NCBI GenBank assembly: GCA_002404155.1
Contig: DHJC01000023.1
Location: forward strand, 98,733 to 162,732
Direction of reading: 5' to 3'
Length of the DNA: 64,000 nucleotides
From: Chloroflexi bacterium UBA4730
GTDB taxonomy: Bacteria; Chloroflexota; Limnocylindria; P2-11E
Below are positions 36,005-45,779 of this stretch, piece by piece; position 1 is the stretch's first letter; each line of letters opens with the position of its first letter. The position numbers and the translations under genes were made by a program. The notes beneath the pieces were generated by a model. The model was given only the letters and a program-made list of their open reading frames with translations, was not told where the DNA came from and made no database searches.

Positions 36005-39000
36005 GTCTCCTTCAATAGGGGCAGCGTGACCGTGAAAGTACTGCCTTTGCCCGGTGCGCTATCGACGCTGATCGTTCCGCCGTGCAGCTCGACCATCCGT
36101 TTCGACAGCGTCAGCCCGAGCCCGGTGCCCTCGCGAGACCGCTCGCCTTGGTGCGTCGCCTGCTGGAATTCCTGGAAGATCCGCTCCTGGTCCTCCGGCG
36201 CGATCCCGATGCCGGTGTCGTGCACGGCCAGGCGGACCTCGCCGTTCTCGCGCGCGGCGCGCAGGGTCACGGTGCCGCCGTCCGGCGTGAACTTCACGGC
36301 GTTCGCGAGGAGGTTCACGACGACCTGCTTCAGCTTGCGCTCGTCCGCGACCACCGTGTCGAGCTCCGGGGCGACCTCGAGCGCGAGTTTGATCCCGTGG
36401 CTCTGCGCGCGCTCCCGCACGAGCGTCACGGCGTTGTTCAGCGCGGCGACGAGCGAGAACGGCGCGGCCTCGAGCTCCATCCGGCCGGCTTCGATCTTGG
36501 ACAGGTCGAGGATGTCGTTGATCAGCGTGAGCAGATGTTGCCCCGAGCTCTTGACGTCTTCGAGGTAGTCGGCCTGCTGCTCGTTCAGCTCGCCGAACAT
36601 CCGCTGCAGGAGGACCTCGGAGAAGCCGATGATCGCGTTCAGCGGCGTACGCAGCTCGTGCGACATGTTCGCCAGGAACTCGGTCTTGTGGCGGTTCGCG
36701 ACCTCGAGCTGCGCCGACTTCTCCTGGATCTCCTTGAACAGCCGGACGTTCTCGATCGCGATCGCGGCCTGCCGAGCGAACGACTCGACGAGTTCGATCT
36801 CGCGCTCCTCGAACGGTCGGACGTCGATCCGGACGAGGATGATGACCCCGAGCGCCACATTGCCGCGCAGCAGCGGCACGCCGAGACCGGTACGCGCCCC
36901 GATGTCGATCATGCCCTTCGAGTCGGCGACGGTCGGATCGGCCCTGATGTCATTCACATGGACAGTTCGACGTTCGCGGTATGCGCGTCCCATGACCGAC
37001 GCGGCCTCTCCGATCCGAGCGGTCGGAGACAACGGAGCCAACGGGGAGCCTGCGGCCTCAGGCCGCTTGGACGCGACGATGCGGCCGGTGCCATCGGCAT
37101 CGATCTGACGGATCCAGCCATACTCGGCTTTGCACAACGCGAGCGATTTCTCGAGGACCATCTCGAACACGCGCTTGAGATCGAACGCGCTCTCGCTCAT
37201 CGCCGCCAGAAGCTCGCTCGTCGCGGTCTGCCGCTCGAGCGCCTCCTGCGTCTTGTTGAAGAGCCGGACGTTCTCCATCGCGATCGCCGCCTGGGTCGCG
37301 AAGGACTCGACGACCTCGATCTCGCGTTGCGAGAACGGCGTTGGCTCGCGACGGCCCAGTCGGATCACGCCGATCGGTTCGCCGTCCTTCATGATCGGAA
37401 CGGCCAGGCGGCTGCGGCTCGCGTGGGCGGACGCGACGGCGCGCATGATCGGATCCTCCAGCACGTCGGGGACGTGAACCGAGCGTCGGCTCTTCACCGC
37501 CCGGGAGATCATGGGATGCTCACTCTCATCCTCGATGTCGACGACTGATCCGAGGGGAAGCGAAGGCCAATCTGCGGAGACCGCGCGCAGCACGTAATCA
37601 GAGCTCGAGCCCTCCCGGGCATAGACGCCGGCGTGATTCGCATGACAGATATCGATCGCCGAGTCGACGATGGCCTGCAGGACAGGATCGATGTCGAACG
37701 CCGAGCCGCTGATCACGCGGAGCACCGAAGACGTCGCCGTCTGCCGCTCGAGCGCCTCCTTCGTCTCGGTGAACAGCCGGACGTTTTCGATCGCGATGAC
37801 GGCCTGGGCCGCGAACGTCTCCAGCGCACCGATCTCGCGCTCGTTGAATGGCCGGGCGTCGGAGCGCCGAAGCGCGATCGTGCCGATGGCCACCCCATCG
37901 CGGAGGAGCGGCGCGACCACGACGGCGTGGTAGCCGCCGGCCCGCGCGTTCTCAGCGCCGCGCGGGAACTCGGCCTCCGTTTGCAGATCCTGCACCGCGA
38001 TGGTCCGCGCCCCGAGGAAGGCACGGGAGCTCATAGAGGTCCCGTCGTTCGGGTAGCGCAGGTCGCTCGGGAGAGGCAACGGTCCGCTTTGCGCGGCCAG
38101 CCCCAGGTGGTCGCCGGCCGGAAGCATGACGATCGCGTTCTCGGCGGCGCAGAACCGCAGCGCGTTCTCGACGATCGCTTCGAGGACCGGCCGGACGTCG
38201 GTGGGTGACGCGGAGATCACTCGCAGGATCTCGCTGATCGCCGTCTGCCGCTCGAGCGACTCCTTCGTCTCGTTGAACAGACGCACGTTCTCGATCGCGA
38301 TCGCGGCTTGATCCGCGAAGGTCTGGACGAGCTCGACCTGGCGGTCCGTGAAAGGCACGGCTTCGCGGCGCCGGAGGACCACGGCACCGAGGGCCCGCTC
38401 CTTGACGAGCAGCGGCGCCGCAAGCAGGGCGCGCTGCCCGCTCCCGCCGTCAGCCAGCGCGAACGCCTTGCTCTGTGGGAACTCGTCGTCGGCCGTGACG
38501 TCCGTCGAGACAATCGTCCGCCGATCCAGGATCGCGCGGCCCGTCACCGACGCGCGGTCAAGCGGCGACGCGCTCGCCATCGAGACCGGACCATGGTGGG
38601 CTGACGGGACCGCCTGGTCGCCGCGAACGAGCAGCACTGAGGCATCCTCGGCGTTGGCGAAACGCGCCGCGCTGGAGGCGATCGCGTCGAGGACCGGCTG
38701 GATGTCGGTCGGGGACGCGGAGATCACCTTCAGGATGTCGCTCACCGCGGTCTGCCGCTCCAGCGATTCCGTTGTCTCGTTGAACAACCGAGCGTTCTCG
38801 ATGGCGATGACGGCTTGATCGGCAAAGCTCTCGACGAGCCTGATCTGCTCCTGCGAGAACGGACGCAGTGCTGTTCGCCACAACGCGATCACGCCGATCG
38901 CGCGGTTGCTGCTGATGAGCGGGACCGCGAGTAGCACGCGGAAGCCGCCGAGGCGTTTGGCGTCCGCGTAGGTGTACGTCGGATCGGCGTCGACGTCGGG

Positions 39001-41442
39001 GATATGGATCGTGCGCCGCTCGGCGAACGCCCGTCCGGTAGCCGATCCGGTGTGGTCCGTCCTGATCGGATGCTCGCGTTGCCACTCGCGCATGACATCG
39101 GCTCGCTCACCGAACGAAGCGCGCATCGCAAGGAGATCGCCGTCGACCTGGTACACGAAGCCGTTCTCAGCCTCAGTGAGCTGGCTGGCGTACGCGATGA
39201 CGGTGTGGAGCACGCCGGCGAGATCGAAGGCGGTCCCGCTGATCGCCTTCATGACCTCGCTGGTCGCGGTCTGACGCTCGAGGGAATCCGTCGTCTCGTT
39301 GAATAGCCGGACGTTCTCGATTGCGATCACGGCTTGATCGGCGAATGTCTGCACAAGCTCGATCTGCCGCAGCGAGAAAGGACGCACCTCGTTGCGGGTC
39401 AGGACGAAGACGCCGATGGGGAAGCCGTCCCGCATCAGTGGGACGCCGAGCATCGTCCGGTATCCACCCAGTCGCTGGAGGTCCTTTGCCTCGTACTCTT
39501 GGACCGTCTCGCGTTCGATCGCGACCCGCCCGATGAGCGTCGTGCGCCCGGCGACGCGCGGCGTGTCGTACGCGACGTGCTCGTACTCTTCGTTCTTCGG
39601 CCCGTAGAACGCCGCCGTGCGGTACGCCGATCCATCCCAGCGGTGGATCGATCCGCGCTCGGCCTCGCACAGCCGCGCGGCGTACTCGAGGACGGTATCG
39701 AGCACCGGTTGGAGGTCCTGGCCCGAACGGCTGATCACATTAAGGATTTCGGCGGTCGCAGTCTGCCGCTCGAGCGCCTCCTTCGTCTCATTGAACAGGC
39801 GAACGTTCTCGATCGCGATGACCGCCTGGTTCGCGAACGTCTCGACAAGCGCGATCTGCTGGGCGGTGAATGGGCCCGGCGCCTTGCGCCGCAGCTGGAT
39901 CGTTCCGATCACTTCCTCCCGCCGCCGCAACGGGGTGACGATCGCCGCCCTAAACGGCAGCGTTGCGGCCCGACCTTGCCCGAGCCCATCAGGGAAGTCC
40001 GCGATGGTGGCAGGGTCTTGCAGATCGGGGAGGTGGATCGTGACCCGGTCGAGGACGGCCCGGCCCTGGACTCGGTCACGCGTCACCTTGGCATCAAACT
40101 CGGTCTCGTCGATCGGACCAACGTGCGCCCACGCGGAGATCCGGCCTTCGTGGAACAGATGGAGCGCGGCATCCTCGGCACCGCAGTAGCGGACCGCATT
40201 CGTTGCGATCGCGTCGAGCACCGGCTGCACGTCCGTCGGCGACTCCGAGATCGCGCGGAGGATCTCGGCGGTGGCGGTCTGCCGCTCGAGCGCCTCCTTC
40301 GTCTCGTTGAACAGACGCACGTTCTCGATGGCGATGACCGCTTGGGACGCGAACGTCTCGACCAGCTCCACCTGCTGGGGAGTGAACGCGCCGGCCTGGC
40401 GTCGCCGGAGCTGGATGGCGCCGATGGCTGCCCCGTTCTTGATCAGCGGGGCGGCGAGGAAACCGCGGTAGCCCTGTCGCCGGGCGATCTCCTTGCCCTC
40501 GCGGAACTGGTCATCGTTGAGCGACTCCATGTCCGCGATGTTGAACGTCCGCGCCTCCCTGATCGCCCGGGTCGTCACCGAGAGCGATTCGATCGAGTAC
40601 GCGCGGTACGCCCACTCGATCGGCCCATGGTGCGCGATGAGGCTGACCGATCCGTCCTTGATGAGGGCAACGCCCGCATCCTCCACTGCGGTGAAGTCGG
40701 CGGCGCTCTTGGCGATCGTCTCGAGGACCGGTTGGACGTCGGTCGGTGAGCTTGAGATCACCCGCAGGATCTCGCTGATGGCCGTCTGCCGCTCCAGCGC
40801 CTCCGTTGTCTCGGTGAAGAGACGGGCGTTCTCCATCGCGACCGCGAGCTGGTCGACGAAGGTCTCCATGAGCGCGATCGTCGGCTTGTCGAAGCCGCCG
40901 GGATCGTCGCGCGACATCGTGAGCACGCCGATGGACTCACCGTCTCGGAGGATCGGCACCGACAGCCGGGTCCGGCGCTTCTCGGCATCCGGAAGCTTGG
41001 GCTCCGCGAACTTCGTGTCGGCGTAGTGGAAGCGCTGACCGCTGAGGGCCGCCCGGCCCCACAGCGATCCGGGCTCCGCCTCCATCCGCATGCCGCGTTC
41101 GAGGCCGGTCGAGCCGTACGTCGCGCCGACGACCCACGCGTCCGCCTCGCGGCGGATGAAGCTGCCATTGTCCGCGCCAGCCAGCCTCTTGGAAGCCTTC
41201 ACGATCATGTCGGCGACCTGATCGAGGCCGACCGCGGGATCGGCGAGGGATCGCATGACCTGGCTGACGACGGCGAGGTGATCGGCCGCGCCCGCGGCAG
41301 GGCCCGGCGCCGCAGTGCGCTTCGGCGCGGCAGCCTTTTTCGGCGCCGCCCGTACCGTCTTCTCCTTTGCTCCCGCCCTCACCCTGCGCAGTATCGGCGG
41401 GTCCTCGGCCCCTGGGCTAGGGCCGTCCGTTACCTGGGACAC
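36001..41442 (-). CDS. Cytoplasmic sensor histidine kinase with nine tandem GAF domains + HisKA + HATPase_c (1813 aa)
   Basis: Nine GAF modules of about 170 aa are joined by near-identical linkers, (I/M)EN(V/A)RLF(N/T)ET(K/T)E(A/S)LERQTA(T/I)(A/S)E(I/V)L. The H-box is [21 protein letters not shown], the N-box is [12 protein letters not shown], and the G-boxes are DTGIGI and [13 protein letters not shown]. No TM segment was seen. Confidence 0.9.
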   Translation of the reverse strand: MSQVTDGPSPGAEDPPILRRVRAGAKEKTVRAAPKKAAAPKRTAAPGPAAGAADHLAVVSQVMRSLADPAVGLDQVADMIVKASKRLAGADNGSFIRREADAWVVGATYGSTGLERGMRMEAEPGSLWGRAALSGQRFHYADTKFAEPKLPDAEKRRTRLSVPILRDGESIGVLTMSRDDPGGFDKPTIALMETFVDQLAVAMENARLFTETTEALERQTAISEILRVISSSPTDVQPVLETIAKSAADFTAVEDAGVALIKDGSVSLIAHHGPIEWAYRAYSIESLSVTTRAIREARTFNIADMESLNDDQFREGKEIARRQGYRGFLAAPLIKNGAAIGAIQLRRRQAGAFTPQQVELVETFASQAVIAIENVRLFNETKEALERQTATAEILRAISESPTDVQPVLDAIATNAVRYCGAEDAALHLFHEGRISAWAHVGPIDETEFDAKVTRDRVQGRAVLDRVTIHLPDLQDPATIADFPDGLGQGRAATLPFRAAIVTPLRRREEVIGTIQLRRKAPGPFTAQQIALVETFANQAVIAIENVRLFNETKEALERQTATAEILNVISRSGQDLQPVLDTVLEYAARLCEAERGSIHRWDGSAYRTAAFYGPKNEEYEHVAYDTPRVAGRTTLIGRVAIERETVQEYEAKDLQRLGGYRTMLGVPLMRDGFPIGVFVLTRNEVRPFSLRQIELVQTFADQAVIAIENVRLFNETTDSLERQTATSEVMKAISGTAFDLAGVLHTVIAYASQLTEAENGFVYQVDGDLLAMRASFGERADVMREWQREHPIRTDHTGSATGRAFAERRTIHIPDVDADPTYTYADAKRLGGFRVLLAVPLISSNRAIGVIALWRTALRPFSQEQIRLVESFADQAVIAIENARLFNETTESLERQTAVSDILKVISASPTDIQPVLDAIASSAARFANAEDASVLLVRGDQAVPSAHHGPVSMASASPLDRASVTGRAILDRRTIVSTDVTADDEFPQSKAFALADGGSGQRALLAAPLLVKERALGAVVLRRREAVPFTDRQVELVQTFADQAAIAIENVRLFNETKESLERQTAISEILRVISASPTDVRPVLEAIVENALRFCAAENAIVMLPAGDHLGLAAQSGPLPLPSDLRYPNDGTSMSSRAFLGARTIAVQDLQTEAEFPRGAENARAGGYHAVVVAPLLRDGVAIGTIALRRSDARPFNEREIGALETFAAQAVIAIENVRLFTETKEALERQTATSSVLRVISGSAFDIDPVLQAIVDSAIDICHANHAGVYAREGSSSDYVLRAVSADWPSLPLGSVVDIEDESEHPMISRAVKSRRSVHVPDVLEDPIMRAVASAHASRSRLAVPIMKDGEPIGVIRLGRREPTPFSQREIEVVESFATQAAIAMENVRLFNKTQEALERQTATSELLAAMSESAFDLKRVFEMVLEKSLALCKAEYGWIRQIDADGTGRIVASKRPEAAGSPLAPLSPTARIGEAASVMGRAYRERRTVHVNDIRADPTVADSKGMIDIGARTGLGVPLLRGNVALGVIILVRIDVRPFEEREIELVESFARQAAIAIENVRLFKEIQEKSAQLEVANRHKTEFLANMSHELRTPLNAIIGFSEVLLQRMFGELNEQQADYLEDVKSSGQHLLTLINDILDLSKIEAGRMELEAAPFSLVAALNNAVTLVRERAQSHGIKLALEVAPELDTVVADERKLKQVVVNLLANAVKFTPDGGTVTLRAARENGEVRLAVHDTGIGIAPEDQERIFQEFQQATHQGERSREGTGLGLTLSKRMVELHGGTISVDSAPGKGSTFTVTLPLLKET
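36734..40843 (-). repeat. Intragenic periodic repeat: nine copies of a 35-65-bp conserved segment spaced about 510 bp apart (GAF-GAF linker helices)
   Basis: On the plus strand, GTCTGCCGCTCGAGCGCCTCCTTCGTCTCGTTGAACAGACGCACGTTCTCGATCGCGAT-like segments occur near 36734, 37220, 37730, 38235, 38745, 39255, 39755, 40275 and 40781. Confidence 0.8.
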
Positions 41443-41505
41443 CTGGCGCGGGTGCTCTTCGCAACGCTCGCCAACGCTCCTACCCTGAACGCCCCGGGAG
41501 GGTGG

Positions 41506-43638
41506 ATGGACATCTGGCAGACCCTGCGTGACCGGCTGGACTACGCATCGTTCGTTCCGACGCCCGTCTCGGACGTCGAGCGCGCCGATCTGCGCCGCCG
41601 CGACGGCAATCCGTACACGATGCTGAAGAACCCGACCGGCGACCGCGGCGCGGGTCGCTACCTGCGTCTGGACCCCGCCGACGTCGAGCTGTTCGAGCTC
41701 ATGGATGGCCGGCGCTCGATCCAGGAGATCCTCGTGGCGCAGCTCGAGCGCACCGGCGTGTTCGCGCTCGATCGGCTGGCGCGGCTCACTGCCGCGCTCC
41801 GGGCCAATGGCTTCTTCGGTGAGGAGCCGCCGGTCCTGTACGAGAAGCTGGCCGCGCGCAAGGCGATGCGCGATCCGATCGTGCGCGCATCGCTGTTCCT
41901 CCGCCGGCTCGTCCTCTGGGACATCGCACGGTGGTCGAACGCGGACCGCGTCGTCGATCGCGTGTACCGCCTCGGCGGTTGGCTCGCGTTCACGCGCATC
42001 GGCGCGTCGCTCCTGGTCGGCTTCGGTCTTTACGGGCTATGGCTGTGGTTCCAAGAGGTCCGTGATCCGAAGCTGCAGCTGGTCACGATCGACGGCTCGT
42101 ACGCGCGCGGGATCCTGGCCCTCATCGTCCTGCAGGTGATCTCGATCTCGGTGCACGAAGCGGGTCACGCGCTCGCGATCCGCCACTACAAGCGCCACGT
42201 CCGGCGGTTCGGCGTCGCGATGTACTACCTCTTCCCGTGCTTCTACGTCGACTCGACCGACATGACCCTTGGCTCACGTGGGCAGCGCATCGTCGTCTCG
42301 CTCGCCGGGCCGTTCGCGGGCCTCACTACCGCGGCCGCCTGTGCGGTGGCGGCCGCGGCCCTGCCCGGTACGCTCGCCGGCGAGCTCGCGTTCAAGGCCG
42401 CGAGCCTGTTCGTCTTCCAGTTCATCTTCAACCTGCTCCCGATCCTCGAGCTCGACGGGTACCACGTGCTCGTCGACGCGGTCGATGCGCCATTCCTCCG
42501 GCAGCGCGCGATGTGGTTCGTGCGCAGCGCCGCGCTCCGGAAGCTGCGTGCGCGCGCCCGGTGGACGCGTGAGGAGGCCGGGCTCGCGCTGTTCGGCGTG
42601 GCCGCGATCGTCACGTCCCTGCTGACGCTCGTCATGTCGATCCTGCTGTGGCAGTCGCGCATCGCCAGAGCGGGGCGCGAGCTCCTCGCGGGCGGTCCGG
42701 CCGGTCTCGCCGTGCTCGCCCTCCTCGTCCTCGTGTTCGTTGGACCGCTCGCGGTCGCGGTGATCGCGCGGCTCATCGGCATCGTGAGAACGAGCGTCAC
42801 GCTTGCGACGGCGCGCAGCCGCGCTGCGACCGCGCGCGAACAGGGGGCGCGCACGGCGATGCTCGGGCGGGTCCGATTCCTCGCCGGCCTCCCGGGCCCG
42901 ACACTCGCCGCGCTCGCGTCACACCTGCGCGTCGAGCGGGTCGACGCGGGCCACACCGTCATCACGGCCGGCAGCGTCGGCGATCGCTTTTATCTCGTGC
43001 GGTCCGGACGGCTCCAGGCGGTCGCGCCCGACGGCGCCGTCCTCGGCGAGATCGCCCCCGGCGAAGGCTTCGGCGAGCTCGCGCTCATCGACCGGACGCC
43101 GCGCACCGCGACGGTCCACGCGCTCGAGGCGGCCGAGCTTTGGTCGCTCGACAGCTCGCATTTCCAGCGCTGGGTCCGCGACCGCTTCGAGATCGCAGCG
43201 CGGATCCGCGCCGATCAGGGGCAGCGTCAGGCGCTCGCGACGTTGCCATTCTTCCGCGACCTCGAGGGCCGCGAGCTCGACCGGATCGCCGCCCGGGTGC
43301 AGACCCGCCGGTACGAAGGTGGCGAGGTCGTCATCCAGGCGGGCGAGACCGGTGGCGGCTACTACCTTATCCGCGAGGGCACCGCCGACGTCACCCTTCC
43401 TGATGGCCGCTACGTCCGGACCCTCGGACCGGGGGACGGCTTCGGCGAGCTGGCCCTCATCTTCGGCGTGCCCCGGACCGCGACCGTAACGGCCAAGGGC
43501 CCGCTCGCCGTCGGGGTCCTCGGCCGGCCGGACTTCGCGGCGCTGGTCGCGGCGTCAGGTGAATCGATGCGTGATTTCCGCGCGCGGACGGGCCATTATG
43601 TCGGTGCCGGCCTCGGTGGGGCCGTTGGGGGAGCGTGA
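41506..43638 (+). CDS. Site-2 (M50) intramembrane metalloprotease with an N-terminal PqqD/RRE-like cytoplasmic domain and two C-terminal cyclic-nucleotide-binding domains
   Basis: ATG at 41506 with a [21 protein letters not shown] lies in a TM helix, and the second S2P motif is [15 protein letters not shown], with about 6-7 TM segments. The N-domain is [39 protein letters not shown]. The CNB cassettes are [21 protein letters not shown] and [21 protein letters not shown]. Confidence 0.85.
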   Translation: MDIWQTLRDRLDYASFVPTPVSDVERADLRRRDGNPYTMLKNPTGDRGAGRYLRLDPADVELFELMDGRRSIQEILVAQLERTGVFALDRLARLTAALRANGFFGEEPPVLYEKLAARKAMRDPIVRASLFLRRLVLWDIARWSNADRVVDRVYRLGGWLAFTRIGASLLVGFGLYGLWLWFQEVRDPKLQLVTIDGSYARGILALIVLQVISISVHEAGHALAIRHYKRHVRRFGVAMYYLFPCFYVDSTDMTLGSRGQRIVVSLAGPFAGLTTAAACAVAAAALPGTLAGELAFKAASLFVFQFIFNLLPILELDGYHVLVDAVDAPFLRQRAMWFVRSAALRKLRARARWTREEAGLALFGVAAIVTSLLTLVMSILLWQSRIARAGRELLAGGPAGLAVLALLVLVFVGPLAVAVIARLIGIVRTSVTLATARSRAATAREQGARTAMLGRVRFLAGLPGPTLAALASHLRVERVDAGHTVITAGSVGDRFYLVRSGRLQAVAPDGAVLGEIAPGEGFGELALIDRTPRTATVHALEAAELWSLDSSHFQRWVRDRFEIAARIRADQGQRQALATLPFFRDLEGRELDRIAARVQTRRYEGGEVVIQAGETGGGYYLIREGTADVTLPDGRYVRTLGPGDGFGELALIFGVPRTATVTAKGPLAVGVLGRPDFAALVAASGESMRDFRARTGHYVGAGLGGAVGGA

Positions 43639-43854
43639 GTGGACTGCTGGATCTGCGAGCGGCCGGCGCTCGCCGCGTGCCGGTTCTGCGGTCGGGGGGC
43701 GTGCCGGGAGCACGCGAAGAGCCACCCGTTCGTTCTAGACGTGTATCGCGGCGAAAAGCATCGTTCGCTGCGCGCCCTCGTCGTGGAAGACGCGATCCAT
43801 TGCGGGGTCTGCCGGCCCAGGAGCGAGCCGGTGGATATGCCCGAGCTGGAATAG
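43639..43854 (+). CDS. Small Cys-rich zinc-ribbon protein (DUF2180-like pattern)
   Basis: GTG follows the protease TGA immediately. The 71-aa protein VDCWICERPALAACRFCGRGACREHAKSH...IHCGVCRP has the pattern CxxC-x7-CxxCGxGxCxxH...CxxC and no TM segment. Confidence 0.6.
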   Translation: MDCWICERPALAACRFCGRGACREHAKSHPFVLDVYRGEKHRSLRALVVEDAIHCGVCRPRSEPVDMPELE

Positions 43855-43986
43855 GGGAGGCGACGCCCGGGACGGTCTGAAGGTTAGGTAGATCACGTAT
43901 CAGGCGTGCCGGCGTGTATCGAGCGGGGTCCGCGTTCGGCGCACATTTCACGCAATTCCACAAGGAAAGAAAGAAGGAGCAAGGCG

Positions 43987-44976
43987 ATGGCAAGCAAGAA
44001 CCTAGGGGCAGTGATCCAGCGAGCGATCAGCGACGGGGCGTTCCGTCGCCAGCTTCAGTCCGACCCTGCCGCGGCGCTCCGCGGCTTCAACCTCACGGCG
44101 GACGAGGTCGCTGCGATCCGCAGCGGTGACTCGAGCAAGCTCATGTCGCTCGGTGTCGACCAGCGGATGAGCAAGGCGTTCTCACTCGGTGGCGGGATCG
44201 GCGGCGGCGCGGCACGCACGTCGGTCTCCGACCTGAGCGGCGGCGCCACGGCGAGCACGATCGCGAACGACCCGACAGCCGGCGCCCGCGAAGGCATCGT
44301 CGGCGACCCGACCTCCGGATCGCGCGAAGCGATCACGACCGGAAACGTCGGCGGCACCCGCGCGGTCAACGACTCGGCGCCGTTCGATGGCGGCCGGGCT
44401 AGCTTCGCCGACCCGACCACAAGCGGCACCCGTGCGATCCATGACAGCGAGCCGGCTGATCTCCGTTCAGCGGCGAGCACCGGCGGCTTCTCCGGCACCC
44501 GCGCGGTCAACGACAGCGAGCCGTTCGCTGGCAACGCCGCGATCAACGACAACATGGCAGCGGCGAACGCCGGCCGCGGCGGATCGCTCACCGGCGACAT
44601 GTCCGACGGCAGCGCCCGGGCCATCCACGACGTAGCTCCGTTCGGCACAACTGGATCCTCGGCGATCGAGGACCCGAACTCACCGGAGTACGCGGCGGCT
44701 AACGACGGTGGGACCCTCGCCAGCCGCATGGCCGACGCAGGCACGGCCGACGCGGTCCGCGCGATCCACGACGTCGCACCGTTCGAGGGCAACGTCAACG
44801 CGGCCGCATCGAGCGGCGGCGAGTTCCTCGGCGGCGACGCCCGCCTCGACCCGGGCACCGACAGCTCGCACGGCTTCGTCCCGAGCGACTCGGCGGACGT
44901 GCAGCGCGAGCTGCTCGATCCAGGCGACGACCACGGCAACGCTCTCGGCAACGTCGGCGGCGGCCACCCCAGCTAG
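43987..44976 (+). CDS. Repeat protein with an NHLP/Os1348-like leader-type N-terminal domain (hypothetical)
   Basis: ATG at 43987 with a GAAGGAG SD (43973-43979). The N-terminus is MASKNLGAVIQRAISDGAFRRQLQSDPAAALRGFNLTADEVAAIRSGD, followed by the Gly run SLGGGIGGGA. At least 5 repeats follow: GTRAVNDSAPF, GTRAIHDSEPA, GTRAVNDSEPF, SARAIHDVAPF, AVRAIHDVAPF. The upstream 27 codons of the track ORF were discarded. Confidence 0.7.
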   Translation: MASKNLGAVIQRAISDGAFRRQLQSDPAAALRGFNLTADEVAAIRSGDSSKLMSLGVDQRMSKAFSLGGGIGGGAARTSVSDLSGGATASTIANDPTAGAREGIVGDPTSGSREAITTGNVGGTRAVNDSAPFDGGRASFADPTTSGTRAIHDSEPADLRSAASTGGFSGTRAVNDSEPFAGNAAINDNMAAANAGRGGSLTGDMSDGSARAIHDVAPFGTTGSSAIEDPNSPEYAAANDGGTLASRMADAGTADAVRAIHDVAPFEGNVNAAASSGGEFLGGDARLDPGTDSSHGFVPSDSADVQRELLDPGDDHGNALGNVGGGHPS

Positions 44977-45002
44977 CAGGTCAGCGCACCCTCTACGTCC
45001 AC

Positions 45003-45031
45003 GGAAGCGGCCCCCGACCGGGGCCGCTTTC
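45003..45031. terminator. GC-rich stem-loop between convergent genes (candidate bidirectional terminator)
   Basis: GGAAGCGGCCCC (45003-45014) pairs with GGGGCCGCTTTCC (45020-45031/2) around a 5-nt loop. It lies between the repeat-protein stop (44976) and the Crp stop (45037). Confidence 0.5.
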
Positions 45032-45036
45032 CGCGT

Positions 45037-45747
45037 CTAGTACCGGATCTCGCTCTGGAGGAGCGCGCGGTCCTTCAGCTGGATGTGGCGCCGGCCGATC
45101 TTGATCCCGCCGCGGTTCTCCAGGTCCGCGAGCACCCGATTCACCGAGACCCGCGTGGCCCCGACGAAGCTCGCGAGATCCTCCTGCGTCAGGTCGACCT
45201 GGTTGCCCCCCGAGGCCTCCGCGAGATCGAGGAGGCACTTCGCCACCCGACCCGGCAGGTCGAGGAACACGAGGTCCTCGACGTGCCCGGTGCTGTGACG
45301 GACCGTCTTCACCAAGAGGGCGAGCATCCGGCGCATCGCATCGGGGTTGCGTTCGAGCGTGGTGAGGAACTCCTGGCGCGCGAGCGCGAGGGTGTGGGTC
45401 TCGGTGAGCGCCGTGACCGTGGCCGACCGCGGACCTTCGTCGAAGAGCGCAAGTTCGCCGAAGACGTCGCCACCGCGCTCGAGCGCGATCACTACTTCGT
45501 GGCCCTGCTCGTCGGGCACGGATACCTTCACCGTGCCGGAAGCGATCAGGAACACCTGGCCTGCCGCATCGTCACGGTGGAAGACGACTTCGTCGCGAGC
45601 GAACTGACGCGGACGCATCTTCGAGGCGAGAGCGAGCCGGTCGTCGGCGCTCAGGCAGGCGAAGAGCGGGCTCTCCGCGAGGAAATCGGCGATCGCCGTG
45701 GCGTCCACGTCGGCTGAATAGTGCCGCCCGGCGTCAAGCGGCATCAC
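45037..45747 (-). CDS. Crp/Fnr-family transcriptional regulator (cNMP-binding + HTH)
   Basis: The CNB domain is LFACLSADDRLALASKM...GDVFGELALFDEGPRSATVTA. The C-terminal HTH is LTQEDLASFVGATRVSVNRVLADLENRG. Confidence 0.9.
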   Translation of the reverse strand: MMPLDAGRHYSADVDATAIADFLAESPLFACLSADDRLALASKMRPRQFARDEVVFHRDDAAGQVFLIASGTVKVSVPDEQGHEVVIALERGGDVFGELALFDEGPRSATVTALTETHTLALARQEFLTTLERNPDAMRRMLALLVKTVRHSTGHVEDLVFLDLPGRVAKCLLDLAEASGGNQVDLTQEDLASFVGATRVSVNRVLADLENRGGIKIGRRHIQLKDRALLQSEIRY

Positions 45748-45779
45748 CGGAGGGATCGCCGCGTCGCGGGGAAGGCGGC

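Noticed and set aside
36734-40843. Regularly spaced conserved repeats (about every 510 bp) that could superficially suggest a CRISPR-like or other repeat array.
   Set aside because: The repeats are in-frame linker helices between GAF domains of one continuous 1813-aa ORF. The roughly 450-bp 'spacers' are homologous GAF cores, and the spacing is far too long for CRISPR.
43855-43986. Crp-type palindrome (TGTGA-N6-TCACA) upstream of the repeat-protein gene, and also in the 63-bp HK/S2P spacer (41443-41505).
   Set aside because: I found only same-orientation half-site-like strings (TCACgcaattcCACA) and no inverted pair. This needs a proper PWM scan.
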